IMG/VR virus record: IMGVR_UViG_3300028591_000148
Location: 1-64,000 of that record
Source of the DNA: a virus
Lineage: Duplodnaviria > Caudoviricetes
DNA length: 64,000 nucleotides
Reading direction: 5' to 3' (one strand)
The notes under the pieces were generated by a model, which saw only the letters and a program-made list of their open reading frames with translations, did no database searches and was not told the DNA's origin. Each line of letters starts with the position of its first letter. Within the stretch, counting starts at the first letter, position 1. Of this stretch, positions 62,150 to 64,000 are shown piece by piece. The position numbers and the translations under genes are program-made.

Positions 62150-62800
62150 TTAACACTCAAACTCAATTATAGTTACCGCGTTAGATGTAGAAAGTGCTGC
62201 ATCAACTTTCGTATTATAGAAATCAAGTTCGTTTTTGAGTTCTTCAATCTTTTCTTTAAGATTGTTAGGATCAAGCAAGTCCGTTGTGTTAGCGGCAATA
62301 TAAGCATCCCTGCTTGTCTTAACAATGGTACCATCAATACCTTCCTTATTACCAAACAGACTTGTGACATATCTGTCAGCAAGGTCTTCAATGGCACTAT
62401 TGTTATTATTCACTCTGTTAATAGCAGTTTTAAATTGATTAGCGAGTGTTTTTACTAACTTCTCAACAAATGTAAGACCGACATTCTTGTACTCAATAAG
62501 TTCGGCAACTGTCATAGTAATGGTAGTTCCGTTTTCTTTAGTAAGTGTAACAGGTGTTACAGCATTACTCTTTGTGATAGCCTTCTTAATGGCATTTCTG
62601 CGTTTAATAAGGTCTTCAACCTTTTGCAATGCGGACTTCATGGACTGGTTATATTCCTCAATACTTTTACCCTCAATCTTTGTGTTTGCGTGTTTGTTAC
62701 AATTAATAAACACATTGGAGTCCAATTCCTTTTCAATTCTTTCCGCCAGAACTTTAAGTTCAGCCAGACCTTCGTGAACGGTCATTGAATACTTTGTCAT
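62150..62800 (-). CDS. helical/coiled-coil protein (MTVHEGLAELK...LSTSNAVT)
   Basis: ORF track; RBS GGAGG; internal pseudo-repeat (MTVHE/MTVAE, KSNAVT/TSNAVT); a DIP1984-like fold is possible but unverified. Confidence 0.85.
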   Translation of the reverse strand: MTKYSMTVHEGLAELKVLAERIEKELDSNVFINCNKHANTKIEGKSIEEYNQSMKSALQKVEDLIKRRNAIKKAITKSNAVTPVTLTKENGTTITMTVAELIEYKNVGLTFVEKLVKTLANQFKTAINRVNNNNSAIEDLADRYVTSLFGNKEGIDGTIVKTSRDAYIAANTTDLLDPNNLKEKIEELKNELDFYNTKVDAALSTSNAVTIIEFEC

Positions 62801-62844
62801 AATAGTCTTCCTCCATGAAATTTAAGATTTTATATTAATTGATA

Positions 62845-62917
62845 TGGGCATTAGCGGATTCGAACCGCTGACTTTCTCCTTAAAAGGGAGTTACTCTACC
62901 AACTGAGTTAAATGCCC
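62845..62917 (-). tRNA. tRNA-Lys(TTT)
   Basis: Loop CTTTTAA. Confidence 0.95.
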
Positions 62918-63043
62918 CTATACAACCTTTAAAACCCTACATCGTAGGTAAAACTTGGTTGAATTTAGTTTTATTAAAGGAGAATGGAATGAGATGGACA
63001 GTCGTTTTTTATTTCCTTTATCACTATCCGTGTTTACAAACAT

Positions 63044-63072
63044 ATTATAACACATTATTCAGATATTGTCAA
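63044..63072 (-). promoter_or_regulatory. consensus promoter for the tRNA-Lys / 216-aa protein / ncRNA unit
   Basis: TTGACA(63072-63067)-17-TATAAT(63049-63044). Confidence 0.85.
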
Positions 63073-63105
63073 GTACTTTTTGAAATTTTCTTTTTATTTT
63101 TATAT

Positions 63106-63528
63106 TTAATTTTTAACTACTCTTTTCACTTCTGTTTCTGGAGAAAGTATAACTGGATCCCCTGTGTTAGGGAATGCGATAACAAAATCACCTTTTGTTG
63201 TTTCGTGCACTTTATAACAGTTGAATTTATAAAAGAACTGCTCACCTTGCTTCAGTTCTCCGAGTTTCACAGAGAAATTTGGAATAGGAATTCTTTTATA
63301 TCTTGCCCAGGCAATAGCAATACCTGTTTTTGGATTATATTTGTCAGTTTCTTTGCATTTAACAGAAGCTGTTTTTCCAGTCTTACTATTCATAATAAAA
63401 ACTGTGGTACTTTTATCTGAATTAATAAAAACATCCTGGTGAAGATTAACTGTTTTTATAGTTTCCTTTATATAATCCATCCACATTGAATAACACCATT
63501 CATCGAATGTTTTGCAGTTTTTTCTCAT
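63106..63528 (-). CDS. hypothetical phage protein (KC...D.YN...GIAIAWAR motif)
   Basis: ORF track; own promoter upstream. Confidence 0.75.
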   Translation of the reverse strand: MRKNCKTFDEWCYSMWMDYIKETIKTVNLHQDVFINSDKSTTVFIMNSKTGKTASVKCKETDKYNPKTGIAIAWARYKRIPIPNFSVKLGELKQGEQFFYKFNCYKVHETTKGDFVIAFPNTGDPVILSPETEVKRVVKN

Positions 63529-63589
63529 GATAACACCTCAATAATAGACTTTTTTACCTTTCTGTCACATAATTTCTGTTTACAATAAT

Positions 63590-63672
63590 AGTATAACATA
63601 TTTTTAGTATTTTGTCAAGTAGTTTTTGAAAAATGAATATAAAAAGTCCTCCTAGTAACAGGAGGACTTTTT
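63590..63672 (-). promoter_or_regulatory. terminator + promoter cassette
   Basis: TTGACA(63618-63613)-17-TATACT(63595-63590); hairpin AAAAAGTCCTCCT/AGGAGGACTTTTT. Confidence 0.85.
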
Positions 63673-63690
63673 GTGAAATATACACAACAC

Positions 63691-64000
63691 TTATCCTAAT
63701 TTACCTTTTAGGTTTTCATTTTCCCAAACATAAGTTGCCATCATGTCTGCTCTATGTAATGCAAATGCTAAAGTATTTTTAGCAAAGGACTCACTTAAAT
63801 TACCAACTGTACTGTATTGAGATAAGTCATAAGCTCCCATATGCCAATATATTGCTTGTGCTTCTTCGTCTGTTAATTTAATGAATTTTTGAATCCTATA
63901 TACAGATAATGCCCCGTGACCCATCTGGAAAGAATCTGTATTGTAATTATAGCAATCTACTGTATCCCATCTACCTGTTTCTGGATCTTTTACATTTTTA
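63691..64000 (-). CDS. HD-domain hydrolase, C-terminal part (start lies beyond the window)
   Basis: MGHG..S, AIYWHMG and LHRADM motifs; frame open to the window end. Confidence 0.7.
   Translation of the reverse strand, partial: KNVKDPETGRWDTVDCYNYNTDSFQMGHGALSVYRIQKFIKLTDEEAQAIYWHMGAYDLSQYSTVGNLSESFAKNTLAFALHRADMMATYVWENENLKGKLG

Noticed and set aside
947-63618. Dispersed TATAGTATAACA repeats as CRISPR repeats or att sites
   Set aside because: Kilobases apart with no spacer periodicity; fully explained as -10/-35 promoter elements. No CRISPR array or cas gene was seen.
1-64000. Alternative genetic code (stop-codon recoding)
   Set aside because: Long conserved genes are intact in the standard code, TAG and TGA both end genes, and no suppressor tRNA was found.

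Overview
A 64-kb, AT-rich, gene-dense segment of a large (probably jumbo-class) dsDNA bacteriophage, most likely infecting an anaerobic Firmicute (sigma-A-type promoters, strong GGAGG RBSs, class III RNR). Essentially every real gene is on the minus strand. 1-27 kb is an accessory region of small hypothetical ORFs, divided into units by a repeated terminator + TTGAC(A/T)-17-TATACT promoter cassette. It includes two visibly GC-richer islands of temperate-phage-like genes and a dispersed family of otherwise unrelated proteins that share an N-terminal basic-(I/L/V)-x-E leader resembling capsid-targeting/prohead-protease sites. 27-49 kb carries a captured type III R-M methyltransferase with a truncated Res gene, NrdD, two orphan DNA MTases, a PNK-phosphatase-RNA ligase, ThyX, Dcd, RNase HI, a Clp ATPase, a cell-wall hydrolase and PhoH. 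52-58 kb encodes candidate transcription proteins, a bacterial-type clamp loader (DnaX/HolB/HolA) and a resolvase-like nuclease. 58.9-63 kb holds 15 tRNAs, two aberrant tRNA-like elements and at least six further structured non-coding segments. The strongest candidate for an undescribed system is a 216-aa helical protein (62150-62800) followed by a ~365-nt closed RNA containing twelve 7-nt A-rich repeats and an embedded tRNA-like domain. All assignments come from motif reading and manual base-pairing; no searches or folding programs were run.
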